Positions 16,786-24,958 of a stretch of 31,579 nucleotides of DNA are shown here, piece by piece. Below the pieces are notes generated by a model that made no database searches, was not told where the DNA came from, and was given only the letters and a program-made list of their open reading frames with translations. Both the position numbers and the translations under genes were made by a program. Source of the DNA: a virus (lineage: Duplodnaviria; Caudoviricetes); IMG/VR virus record IMGVR_UViG_3300011337_000301, positions 1 to 31,579 of that record; one strand, 5' to 3'. How positions within the stretch are numbered: position 1 is the stretch's first letter; each line of letters starts with the position of its first letter.

Positions 16786-16833
16786 TTTATTTTAAAAACT
16801 TTAAGGCAATAGCCTGAATAAAACAAAACGATA

Positions 16834-17055
16834 ATGGAAAAGAAACAAACAGCAATGCAAGAAATGTTGCAATGGGTGCGTAAAACATTTCCAATGGATT
16901 TGGATACACCTAGATTGATTGAAGAAAAAATTGAATCATTATTGCAAAAAGAAAATCAGCAAATAATAGATGCTTATGAATACGGTAATTGTGATTCAGA
17001 ATTTGGTATATATATGGGAGGTGAACAATTTTATGAACAAACCTATACAAAATGA
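16834..17055 (+). CDS. Hypothetical phage protein
   Basis: KQTA...KE.QQIIDAY...EQFYEQTY pattern. Confidence 0.65.
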   Translation: MEKKQTAMQEMLQWVRKTFPMDLDTPRLIEEKIESLLQKENQQIIDAYEYGNCDSEFGIYMGGEQFYEQTYTK

Positions 17056-17477
17056 GAAACGAACACGAACACAGATTGCAAACGGTATTGGCCAAATATC
17101 TTGATTTGAACAATTACACGTTTTTTGCCATTCCAAATGGAGGATGGAGAAACAAAGCAGTTGCGGCAAAATTAAAGGCTGAGGGAGTGAAAGCCGGTGT
17201 GGCCGACCTGTTGATCCTGTTGCCAAACCAAACGTTTCACGGCCTATTTGTTGAGGTTAAAATCGCAGGCAATTACCAACAGCCAAATCAAAAGGCATTC
17301 GAGCAGAAAGCAAGAGATTGCGGATATGAATACATCATTGTGCGATCATTGGATGAGTTGATTGAGAAATTAAAATATTACGAATCACAGAAATTCATTG
17401 AACAGGACAAAATTTCGGCTGCATACCGGTCAGGATATATTGATGGCAAACTTGAAAACCAAATGACAATCAGATGA
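17052..17477 (+). CDS. VRR-NUC (PD-(D/E)xK) nuclease, possible Holliday junction resolvase
   Basis: EH.LQ...FAIPNGG.R...GV..GVADL...FVEVK...Q...Q..F motif. Confidence 0.85.
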   Translation: MRNEHEHRLQTVLAKYLDLNNYTFFAIPNGGWRNKAVAAKLKAEGVKAGVADLLILLPNQTFHGLFVEVKIAGNYQQPNQKAFEQKARDCGYEYIIVRSLDELIEKLKYYESQKFIEQDKISAAYRSGYIDGKLENQMTIR

Positions 17478-17608
17478 AAATACAATTATGTAAAAGTGAA
17501 TTTATATTTGAAATATTGCCTGCAATAGCAATTTGCAGATTTACAGGCGATAAAATAACAACAATCGCATTTTCGTGGTTTAATTACGCAATACAATTAA
17601 GATTTTAA
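17474..17608 (+). CDS. 44-aa hydrophobic peptide
   Basis: MKIQLCKSEFIFEILPAIAICRF...; ATGA overlap with the upstream gene. Confidence 0.5.
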   Translation: MKIQLCKSEFIFEILPAIAICRFTGDKITTIAFSWFNYAIQLRF

Positions 17609-17612
17609 ACCT

Positions 17613-17837
17613 ATGACAAACAGAGAAAAGGCCATACAATGGGCCAATGAAAAAATTGCTGATCCAAATTTTAGTGAACAGCCAATCAGAGTAAATGCGT
17701 GGGAGTTAATCCACAATCCAAAACTATTTTTGGAAACGTGTGTGGCCCGGCTGATGCACGGATCAGAAATGGAAAAACGTGTGGTTTATAATCGTGTTAG
17801 AAATTTAAAAATTTTCTACAATGAGATTTCACGATGA
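17613..17837 (+). CDS. Hypothetical protein
   Basis: 74-aa ORF with an AAACCTATG start. Confidence 0.65.
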   Translation: MTNREKAIQWANEKIADPNFSEQPIRVNAWELIHNPKLFLETCVARLMHGSEMEKRVVYNRVRNLKIFYNEISR

Positions 17838-18009
17838 AGACATATTTGTTCACGGTGACATTAAATGTTCCGATCCAATAACACGAGAGGATGCGTTGGA
17901 GATCATTGAAGAAATACAGGAAATTATGATATTTCACAAAATTATTAAAATTGACCTGTGTATTGATCCATATAAATTCCCAAAAGACTTGATGGATATT
18001 GGTAAATAG
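17821..18009 (+). CDS. Hypothetical protein
   Basis: 62-aa acidic ORF. Confidence 0.6.
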   Translation: MRFHDEDIFVHGDIKCSDPITREDALEIIEEIQEIMIFHKIIKIDLCIDPYKFPKDLMDIGK

Positions 18010-18089
18010 TCACAATTTTATATAAATGTGTGACAAAATAATAAAAATACAAAACAATAAATGGCCGTAAATGTTAAAAATACAAACCT

Positions 18090-18293
18090 ATGAATACAAT
18101 TTATTTTCAACCACCTGACATCAAACCTGAATACGTTGAAATTGGAATCATTCACGAATCAGATAAAAGTCATATTTGGTATTTGAATGAGCCGTGCAAA
18201 GTTGCAATAAATGAAGTCAAAATTATTTCTGATGAATATGTTTATTTTGATAAAAAAAGCAAATCATATAAGATTAAAAATATAAACCTATGA
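18090..18293 (+). CDS. Hypothetical protein
   Basis: 67-aa ORF with an AAACCTATG start. Confidence 0.6.
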   Translation: MNTIYFQPPDIKPEYVEIGIIHESDKSHIWYLNEPCKVAINEVKIISDEYVYFDKKSKSYKIKNINL

Positions 18294-18676
18294 GAACGAC
18301 AAAAGACAAAATCAGATTATTGACATTTTTTGCCCTGTGCCAAAATATGTTGGATTTCATTGATGGATCGTGGCACGGTCATCCGGCAAACAAACAGGCC
18401 GTGAAAATGGTCACCAAACAAATGATCAGGGAGTTGGAAAAAACAATGGCCGTATTGTTTCCACAAAATCGCAACGATGATCCGGATTTGCCCGATGCGT
18501 TGGACACATTCCAAAATGCCTGCACAGCAATGGAGTCATTTTTTATGCTTGGAATGGAAATGGATCAGATGGATCAAACAAAGAAAGATTCATTGAATAC
18601 ACAGATTAATATTTTGCTAAAATCTTATGGGATTGATTGTTGGGAAAAACCAATGTCAAACCTATGGAAAAATTAA
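18290..18676 (+). CDS. Hypothetical protein
   Basis: 128-aa helical ORF with an AAACCTATG start. Confidence 0.7.
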   Translation: MRTTKDKIRLLTFFALCQNMLDFIDGSWHGHPANKQAVKMVTKQMIRELEKTMAVLFPQNRNDDPDLPDALDTFQNACTAMESFFMLGMEMDQMDQTKKDSLNTQINILLKSYGIDCWEKPMSNLWKN

Positions 18677-18748
18677 ATAAATTTGTTGTGCAGTTGGGTG
18701 AGGAATAACTGCCGGATCAAAAGCACATATTTACCTAATCAATACACA

Positions 18749-18967
18749 ATGAAAAATGAGAGCCGTGAAATGGTGGATCATCCGCAACATTATCAATCTG
18801 ATGGAGGCATCGAGGCAATTGATGTGATCGAAGGATTCAGCCTGAATTTTAATTTGGGAAACGCAATCAAATATATTTTGAGGGCCGACAAAAAGGGCAA
18901 CAAGAAACAGGATTTGGAAAAATCCCTGTGGTATATCAAAAGAGAATTAGACAAATTTCAGGGATGA
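18749..18967 (+). CDS. DUF3310-family protein (T7 gp1.7/SaV-like)
   Basis: VDHPQHY...EAIDVI.....FNLGNAIKYI.RA..KG...DL.K..WY; start reassigned to ATG 18749. Confidence 0.85.
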   Translation: MKNESREMVDHPQHYQSDGGIEAIDVIEGFSLNFNLGNAIKYILRADKKGNKKQDLEKSLWYIKRELDKFQG

Positions 18968-19071
18968 TTGATGATCATTTAGTCACATTGGCTTGGTGGG
19001 TAGGTGTAATAGAAATTGCATATATTTGCGTGATGGCATACATTATTTGGAACAAAAAAGATGGCAGATAA
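18964..19071 (+). CDS. 35-aa single-TM peptide
   Basis: MIDDHLVTLAWWVGVIEIAYICVMAYIIWNKKDGR; ATGA overlap with the upstream gene. Confidence 0.55.
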   Translation: MIDDHLVTLAWWVGVIEIAYICVMAYIIWNKKDGR

Positions 19072-19381
19072 AAACAAAATATCGTTTGATTTTGATGATA
19101 CATTATCAACGGCAAAAGGTCAGGCATTAGCCAAACGATTTATTGATGAAGGCAAAACCGTGTACATTATAACAGCACGGCAACGCAGAATGTCAGCCGG
19201 AGTGTATGAGGTTGCTGATGAATTAGGCATACCACATACCCGAATCTATTTCACAAATGGAGCAGATAAATGGGAAACAATCAAGCGATTAGGCATTGGC
19301 ATTCATTACGACAATAATAAAGAGCAAATAGACAAAATCAACCAAAACACAGATTGCGAAGGCCGTTTGTTTACAGCATAA
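19061..19381 (+). CDS. Minimal HAD-superfamily phosphatase-like protein
   Basis: Motif I DFDDTL, motif II ITAR, motif III K, motif IV-like YDNN. Confidence 0.75.
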   Translation: MADKNKISFDFDDTLSTAKGQALAKRFIDEGKTVYIITARQRRMSAGVYEVADELGIPHTRIYFTNGADKWETIKRLGIGIHYDNNKEQIDKINQNTDCEGRLFTA

Positions 19382-19384
19382 TAT

Positions 19385-19897
19385 ATGATTGAGGAAATAA
19401 ACATAAAATTGATTATACCACATCCTAACAATCCACGATTGATAAAGGATGACAAATTCAAGAAATTGGTCAAGTCAATTAAGGAGTTCCCTGAGATGCT
19501 ACAATTGCGACCGATCATTGTTGATGATAATTGCGTGGTGTTGGGTGGTAATATGCGATTACGTGCCTGTATTGAAGCCGGGTTGAAACGTGTGCCAATC
19601 ATTAAGGCATCCACATTGACACCTGAACAACAGAAAAGGTTTATCATTACAGACAATGTGGGATTCGGTGAATGGGATTGGGATATGTTGGCAAACGATT
19701 GGGAAATGGTTGATTTGGAGGATTGGGGATTGGATTTGCCAATTTATAAGGAATTAGGCGAGGAATTACCGGTGGACAATGAGAATGAGCCAAAGGATAA
19801 ATTTGTCATTGAGGTATCATTTGAAACAGAAGAACAAAGACAAATGGCATACAAACATTTCATTGAAAATGGTTTAAATTGCTATTGCAAAAAATAG
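19385..19897 (+). CDS. ParB/Srx-like N-terminal domain protein
   Basis: PNNPR...L..SI..F....RPIIVD....VLGGNMRLRA...I.DN...GEWD. Confidence 0.85.
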   Translation: MIEEINIKLIIPHPNNPRLIKDDKFKKLVKSIKEFPEMLQLRPIIVDDNCVVLGGNMRLRACIEAGLKRVPIIKASTLTPEQQKRFIITDNVGFGEWDWDMLANDWEMVDLEDWGLDLPIYKELGEELPVDNENEPKDKFVIEVSFETEEQRQMAYKHFIENGLNCYCKK

Positions 19898-19900
19898 ATT

Positions 19901-20266
19901 ATGGCAGTACCAAAGAGTGTGACAAAACTGAACAAAAAACGTATGTTGGAGGCCCTCGAAAAGTCTTTGGGGATTGTCACATCTGCTGCAAAGATTGCCG
20001 ACATAAACCGTTCAATGCATTACGATTGGATGCGTGATGATCCGGAATACAAAAAGGCCGTTGATGAATTATCCGACATGACATTGGATTTTGCTGAATC
20101 ACAATTGCACAAGCAGATCAAAGATGGCAACACAACGGCCACCATTTTTTATTTAAAGACCAAAGGCAAACAACGTGGATATGTTGAACGTACTGAGGTT
20201 GTACACGAAACAGGCATTGAATCAGCCGTAATACAATGGACACCGGCCCAAAAAGAAAACGAATAG
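19901..20266 (+). CDS. terS: Terminase small subunit
   Basis: HTH-like N-terminus; ATIFYLKTKGK.RGY motif; directly upstream of terL. Confidence 0.75.
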   Translation: MAVPKSVTKLNKKRMLEALEKSLGIVTSAAKIADINRSMHYDWMRDDPEYKKAVDELSDMTLDFAESQLHKQIKDGNTTATIFYLKTKGKQRGYVERTEVVHETGIESAVIQWTPAQKENE

Positions 20267-21420
20267 AGCAGAAATGTAATATTCAGTTTTTCCAAACTTT
20301 AAACAGCACCAAAAGGATCAAAGTTCATCAGGGCGGAACACGTTCGGGGAAAACCTATGCCCTGTGCCAATATCTAATCTACAAATTGACATCATCACAG
20401 AAACCTTTGGTGATTTCTATTGTACGTAAAACTTTGCCGGCCCTGAAAGGATCGGTGATGCGTGATTTTCTTGAAATCTTAGATACGTTGGGCATTCTTT
20501 ATGTGGGCCAACATAACAAATCCGAAAACACGTACACATTTGGTAATCCCGTGGTGGAATTTCTTTCAGTTGATGAGCCACAGCAAATCAGGGGTAGAGA
20601 ACGAAATCTTTGCTATTGTAATGAGGTCAATGAATTAGATCATGAGGATTTCCGGCAATTGCTTATGCGTACAACGGATGAAATGATTTGCGATTTTAAT
20701 CCATCCGATCCTGTCCATTGGATTTATGATGAAGTGATCACACGTGATGACTGCGATACCTGGATCACAACATATAAAGACAATCAGTTCCTACCGGCTG
20801 AATTGGTAAATGAAATTGAACGTTTAAAAGCCAAAGACCCTGATTATTGGAGGGTGTACGGTGAGGGGAAACGTGCCGTGTTTAGTGATCGCCAAATATT
20901 TCCTAATTGGAAATTCATTCCAAAGGCAGAATTCCCGGAATTTGATGATGTGTTCTATGGTCTTGACTTTGGATTCAGTCACGATCCGACAGCCATTGTG
21001 CAGTTGGCAAAGGTTGGTGACAAATTGTACATTCACGAAATTATGTACAAAAAGGGGATGACAAACCGGGACATTGCCGATTTCCTAAAAGAAAAGAAAA
21101 TAAATGAACATATCATTTATTGTGAATCAGCCGAACCGAAATCAATTGAGGAATTAAGGCAGATGGATATTTTGGCCGTTCCTGCGATAAAAGGGGAGGG
21201 ATCAATCAAGGCCGGAATTAGCCTATTAAAAGAACACGAGGTCATCTGTTCATCTGAATCACATAATTTGCACAATGAATTTCAGTTTTATTTTTGGGAG
21301 CAATTAAAGGATGGAACGATTATAAATAAGCCAATTGACAAACACAATCACCTGATGGATGCTATTCGTTATGGGGTTTATACCAAATACAAAAATCGTT
21401 CTGATTTTTTTGTGGTTTAA
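20236..21420 (+). CDS. terL: Terminase large subunit (PBSX/SPP1-like)
   Basis: Walker A GGTRSGKT, Walker B-like YCNE, DFNP, nuclease motifs GLDFG..DP and NHLMDA.RY. Confidence 0.95.
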   Translation: MDTGPKRKRIEQKCNIQFFQTLNSTKRIKVHQGGTRSGKTYALCQYLIYKLTSSQKPLVISIVRKTLPALKGSVMRDFLEILDTLGILYVGQHNKSENTYTFGNPVVEFLSVDEPQQIRGRERNLCYCNEVNELDHEDFRQLLMRTTDEMICDFNPSDPVHWIYDEVITRDDCDTWITTYKDNQFLPAELVNEIERLKAKDPDYWRVYGEGKRAVFSDRQIFPNWKFIPKAEFPEFDDVFYGLDFGFSHDPTAIVQLAKVGDKLYIHEIMYKKGMTNRDIADFLKEKKINEHIIYCESAEPKSIEELRQMDILAVPAIKGEGSIKAGISLLKEHEVICSSESHNLHNEFQFYFWEQLKDGTIINKPIDKHNHLMDAIRYGVYTKYKNRSDFFVV

Positions 21421-21452
21421 TTATGTATTTTTGAGAAAAAAAAGCGATACAA

Positions 21453-23177
21453 ATGGCATCAATCATTGATACATTCAAACAATCCATTGCCAAAGCATTA
21501 TCAAGTGGCACGAATGAGGCATACAATAAATTAATTTATACGTGGTTAGGCACGAATATCATCATGAATGAGGACAATGATGTCACCTACATTCGTGATG
21601 GTTATCAGCGCAACGCAACCATTTATTCTATTATTAATTTGATTGTTAAGGCAGCGACCACAATCCCTGTGACCGTTTACCGTGTCACAAATGAAGGCAC
21701 AGCAAAGCAATACAAGGCGATGACATCAGGTGTGATGGATGGCCCGGCAATCTACAAAGCCAACATATTACGCAAAAGAGCATTTGAGGAAATAAAAGAT
21801 TCAGATTTAGAGGCATTATTGATGCGCCCAAATCCTGAGCAATCATTTTCTGCGTGGTTAGGTGAAATCGTTGCATTTGGTAAACTAACAGGAAACCGTT
21901 ACATCTATGGCATCGGGCCTGATTCAGGGCCAAACGCAGGTAAATTTACTGAGTTGTACAATTTGCCATCACAATTGGTTGAGATTGTTTCAGGTGGTGT
22001 GATGCAACCGGTGGCAGGATACAAAATTCAATACAATTCAATGATTGAGGTTGCACCCGAATATGTGTGCCACATTAAAGATTTTAATCCGGATTACGAC
22101 AGCAGCGGTTCAAACCTATATGGTCAGTCACCTTTGCGTGCCGGCCTACGTGTTTTATCGGCCAACAATGAAGCCGTGACCACCGGATTAAAATATTTAC
22201 AGAATCAAACATCACGTGGGATGTTGATTTCTAAGGATGGCAATTTGACTGAGGTGCAGGCGCAAGCATTAAAAGATAAATTCAGAAAAAATTATCAGGG
22301 TGCAGGGAACGCAGGCGATGTGATAATTACACCAAAAGATTTGAGTTGGGTTAATTTTGGTTTGTCTGCATCAGATTTGTCATTGATTGAGCAGTACAAT
22401 GGAACGGTAAAGGATTTGTGTAATATCTACAATATTCCTGTTCAATTGCTAAACAACACAGATGCATCCACATACAACAATATGAAGGAGGCCAAAAAAG
22501 CATTGTATCAGAATGCCGTGATTCCTGAATTGATCAAAATTCGTGATGAATTAAATCGTTGGTTAGCACCGAAATTTGGCAAAGAATATTTCATTGATTT
22601 CGATTTTACAGTGATCAGCGAAATGCAAGAGGAGGTTGATAAATTGGTGTCTCAGTTAGCAAATGCATGGTGGGTTACACCAAACGAAAAACGTGATGCA
22701 ATGAATTATGCTGTGGATACAGATAATCCATTTATGGATGATTATTTCATCCCTGCAAATTTAATGGCACAGAATCAAACATTAGCACCATTAGAGAATC
22801 CGAAATCATTGGATATTGACTATACAATGAAAGGTGCGATGGATGCAATGTATGATGATTATCCAAAAAAAGCATCTTTGAATGCACAAAAAATGTTGGA
22901 TTGGAAACAGGAATATCCGGATGAAATTCGTGGAGGCACAGCCATAGGATGGACACGTGCAAGACAATTGGCGAATCGTGAAGAAATCAGCCGTGACATC
23001 GTAAGCAGAATGGCACAATTTAATCGCCATCGTGAGAATGCAACCATTGCAGATGAATACAAAGATACACCGTGGAAGGATGCAGGGTATGTTGCGTGGA
23101 ATCTATGGGGAGGAACTGAGGGTGTTGATTGGGCGATCAAAAAAATAAAGGAAATCGATGCCGATACCGAATCCTAA
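21453..23177 (+). CDS. HK97-type portal protein with an extra ~110-aa C-terminal domain
   Basis: LL.RPN..Q....W, G.SP, TPNE.R portal motifs; position after terL. Confidence 0.92.
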   Translation: MASIIDTFKQSIAKALSSGTNEAYNKLIYTWLGTNIIMNEDNDVTYIRDGYQRNATIYSIINLIVKAATTIPVTVYRVTNEGTAKQYKAMTSGVMDGPAIYKANILRKRAFEEIKDSDLEALLMRPNPEQSFSAWLGEIVAFGKLTGNRYIYGIGPDSGPNAGKFTELYNLPSQLVEIVSGGVMQPVAGYKIQYNSMIEVAPEYVCHIKDFNPDYDSSGSNLYGQSPLRAGLRVLSANNEAVTTGLKYLQNQTSRGMLISKDGNLTEVQAQALKDKFRKNYQGAGNAGDVIITPKDLSWVNFGLSASDLSLIEQYNGTVKDLCNIYNIPVQLLNNTDASTYNNMKEAKKALYQNAVIPELIKIRDELNRWLAPKFGKEYFIDFDFTVISEMQEEVDKLVSQLANAWWVTPNEKRDAMNYAVDTDNPFMDDYFIPANLMAQNQTLAPLENPKSLDIDYTMKGAMDAMYDDYPKKASLNAQKMLDWKQEYPDEIRGGTAIGWTRARQLANREEISRDIVSRMAQFNRHRENATIADEYKDTPWKDAGYVAWNLWGGTEGVDWAIKKIKEIDADTES

Positions 23178-24210
23178 TCAGGGCGAAAGCCGGAATGATT
23201 TTATGAGCCGTTGTGTTATTGATCCAAATATCATTGGTGATTTTGACACAATTGAACAACGTGTTGCCGTGTGCAGTTCGTTGTTTGAGCCACAGAAAGA
23301 AGAAAAGGCGCAGAATAATTGGGCGGATGAATTTGAAAACGAATTGACCAAAGCCGAACGTACATCCGTTCGTGATTTTACTGAGTTTTACAAGGCCGAA
23401 TACAATGATGCCATTGACCTTTATTTGAAGGTTGGGCAGATGACACAGGCCACAGCACAAGGATTTTTTCAGGATTCCAAATACATTAAAATGTATGAAG
23501 GGATGTATTCCAAAATTGGTTTGCAATTTGCCAATTGGTATTCACGCAACGTTGAAAAATATATGCCAAAAGCGGATGCAGGTAATATGCAATCCATTTG
23601 GCGCAATGCCTTTGCATTTATGGGGCAACAGGTTGCAGGCCAAAGGGTGACAATGGTATCATCCACAGCACAGGCAACATTGACCAATACAATTCGCCAA
23701 TTTATGGCCGATCCTGTATTTCAGTCAGCCGGTGAGGCGGTGCAATCAAAAATGTTGCGCCAAAAATTCAATCATTTAGCAGATTATCAGGCAAAACGTA
23801 TTGTAAGAACAGAGGCAACAAATGCAGCCAATTATGCAACAGAACAAGCGGCATTGAATCTGTTTCCCGGTCAGGATATGACCAAAACATGGCGATCAGG
23901 ATTTGATGCAAGGGTACGTGATGCACATCGTGCAGCAAATGGACAGGTAGTCCCGTTTAATGGCAAATTTTCTGTTGGTGGCGAATCATTACAAAGACCG
24001 GGCGATCCTAATGGATCAGCAAGTAATGTGATCAATTGCCGTTGTTCAATGATTGTATTGCCAAAAGAAGGAGCAAACACAATAGGTGCGCCAATTACAA
24101 ACATTGGATTTGGTATTGCACAGGCAACCGTTATTGATGCAATTAATGGTGCTGATGTAATCACAGGTGCAACAGGTGCAATTGTTTCAGAACAAAATCA
24201 AGGTGGGTAA
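23158..24210 (+). CDS. Minor head protein (Mu gpF / SPP1 gp7-like)
   Basis: A.RIVRTE...A.N, K.W....D.RVR.AH...NG, PGDP......INCRC. Confidence 0.88.
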   Translation: MPIPNPNQGESRNDFMSRCVIDPNIIGDFDTIEQRVAVCSSLFEPQKEEKAQNNWADEFENELTKAERTSVRDFTEFYKAEYNDAIDLYLKVGQMTQATAQGFFQDSKYIKMYEGMYSKIGLQFANWYSRNVEKYMPKADAGNMQSIWRNAFAFMGQQVAGQRVTMVSSTAQATLTNTIRQFMADPVFQSAGEAVQSKMLRQKFNHLADYQAKRIVRTEATNAANYATEQAALNLFPGQDMTKTWRSGFDARVRDAHRAANGQVVPFNGKFSVGGESLQRPGDPNGSASNVINCRCSMIVLPKEGANTIGAPITNIGFGIAQATVIDAINGADVITGATGAIVSEQNQGG

Positions 24211-24225
24211 AATTAATTTTTAGAT

Positions 24226-24258
24226 TCGGTTATCTAATTAGCAATTTGACTAATTTTG
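24226..24258 (+). promoter_or_regulatory. Promoter with CTAATTAG palindrome and -7 element TAATTTTG
   Basis: Near-copy of 9652-9685, upstream of the protease/capsid genes. Confidence 0.55.
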
Positions 24259-24273
24259 GGCAAAAGATAGATT

Positions 24274-24957
24274 ATGATTTACAAACAAACATCCATTGGA
24301 ATTGATGACATCGATGAGGCAAACGGCATCGTGTCAGGTTATGGTTCAATATTTGGCAACATTGATTCAGATAATGACATCATTTTGCCGGGTGCATATA
24401 CCAAAACTTTATCTGAAAACGGATCACGTGTTCGTTATTGCAACCAACACAGAATCGATCAGCCATTAGGTAAATTCACCGAATTACGTGAGGATGGAAC
24501 AGGATTGTATTTTGTGGCAGAAGTTCCAAAAACAAGAATGGGTGAGGATGTTTTGTTGTTGATGAAAAACGGTGTGATCACCGAAAATTCAGTTGGTATT
24601 ATGCCAATTGTAAAGAATTACAGACAGGATGGAGTGCGTGAATTGAAAGAGGTAAAATTATACGAAATTTCATGCGTTACATTAGCCGCAAACCCATTGG
24701 CATTGATCACAGATGCAAAGGGTGAAATTAATCATGAGTTATTGGCAAAACGTTTTGATGTATTAGCCAAAATGATTAAAAAAGAAAACGTGTCCGATGA
24801 ATTAGGATACGCAATTGAAGCCGAGTTGATGAAATTGAAATCATTGTTTATGGATGTGACCACACGGCCGACAGAAATTGTCACCGTGCCGGAGATTAAA
24901 CAGGTGGAGATTTCCGAAATATTTTCATATTTAAACAATCAAATTAAGTCAAAATAA
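24274..24957 (+). CDS. HK97-family prohead protease
   Basis: GY.S.F...DSD.D.I.PGA, catalytic H (NQH) and S (NSVG), LYEIS.V...ANP.A. Confidence 0.92.
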   Translation: MIYKQTSIGIDDIDEANGIVSGYGSIFGNIDSDNDIILPGAYTKTLSENGSRVRYCNQHRIDQPLGKFTELREDGTGLYFVAEVPKTRMGEDVLLLMKNGVITENSVGIMPIVKNYRQDGVRELKEVKLYEISCVTLAANPLALITDAKGEINHELLAKRFDVLAKMIKKENVSDELGYAIEAELMKLKSLFMDVTTRPTEIVTVPEIKQVEISEIFSYLNNQIKSK

Positions 24958-24958
24958 G

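Noticed and set aside
18686-18742. Twister ribozyme or SAM-II/preQ1 riboswitch
   Set aside because: GCCGGATCAAAAGCAC only superficially resembles the twister core; the required conserved nucleotides and pseudoknots are not evident.
20545-20612. Atypical terminase residues (DEPQQIRGRERNL where a K-rich DEPQKIRGRKR-like motif is expected)
   Set aside because: Clustered single-base changes could be low-coverage sequencing errors; not treated as biology without read data.
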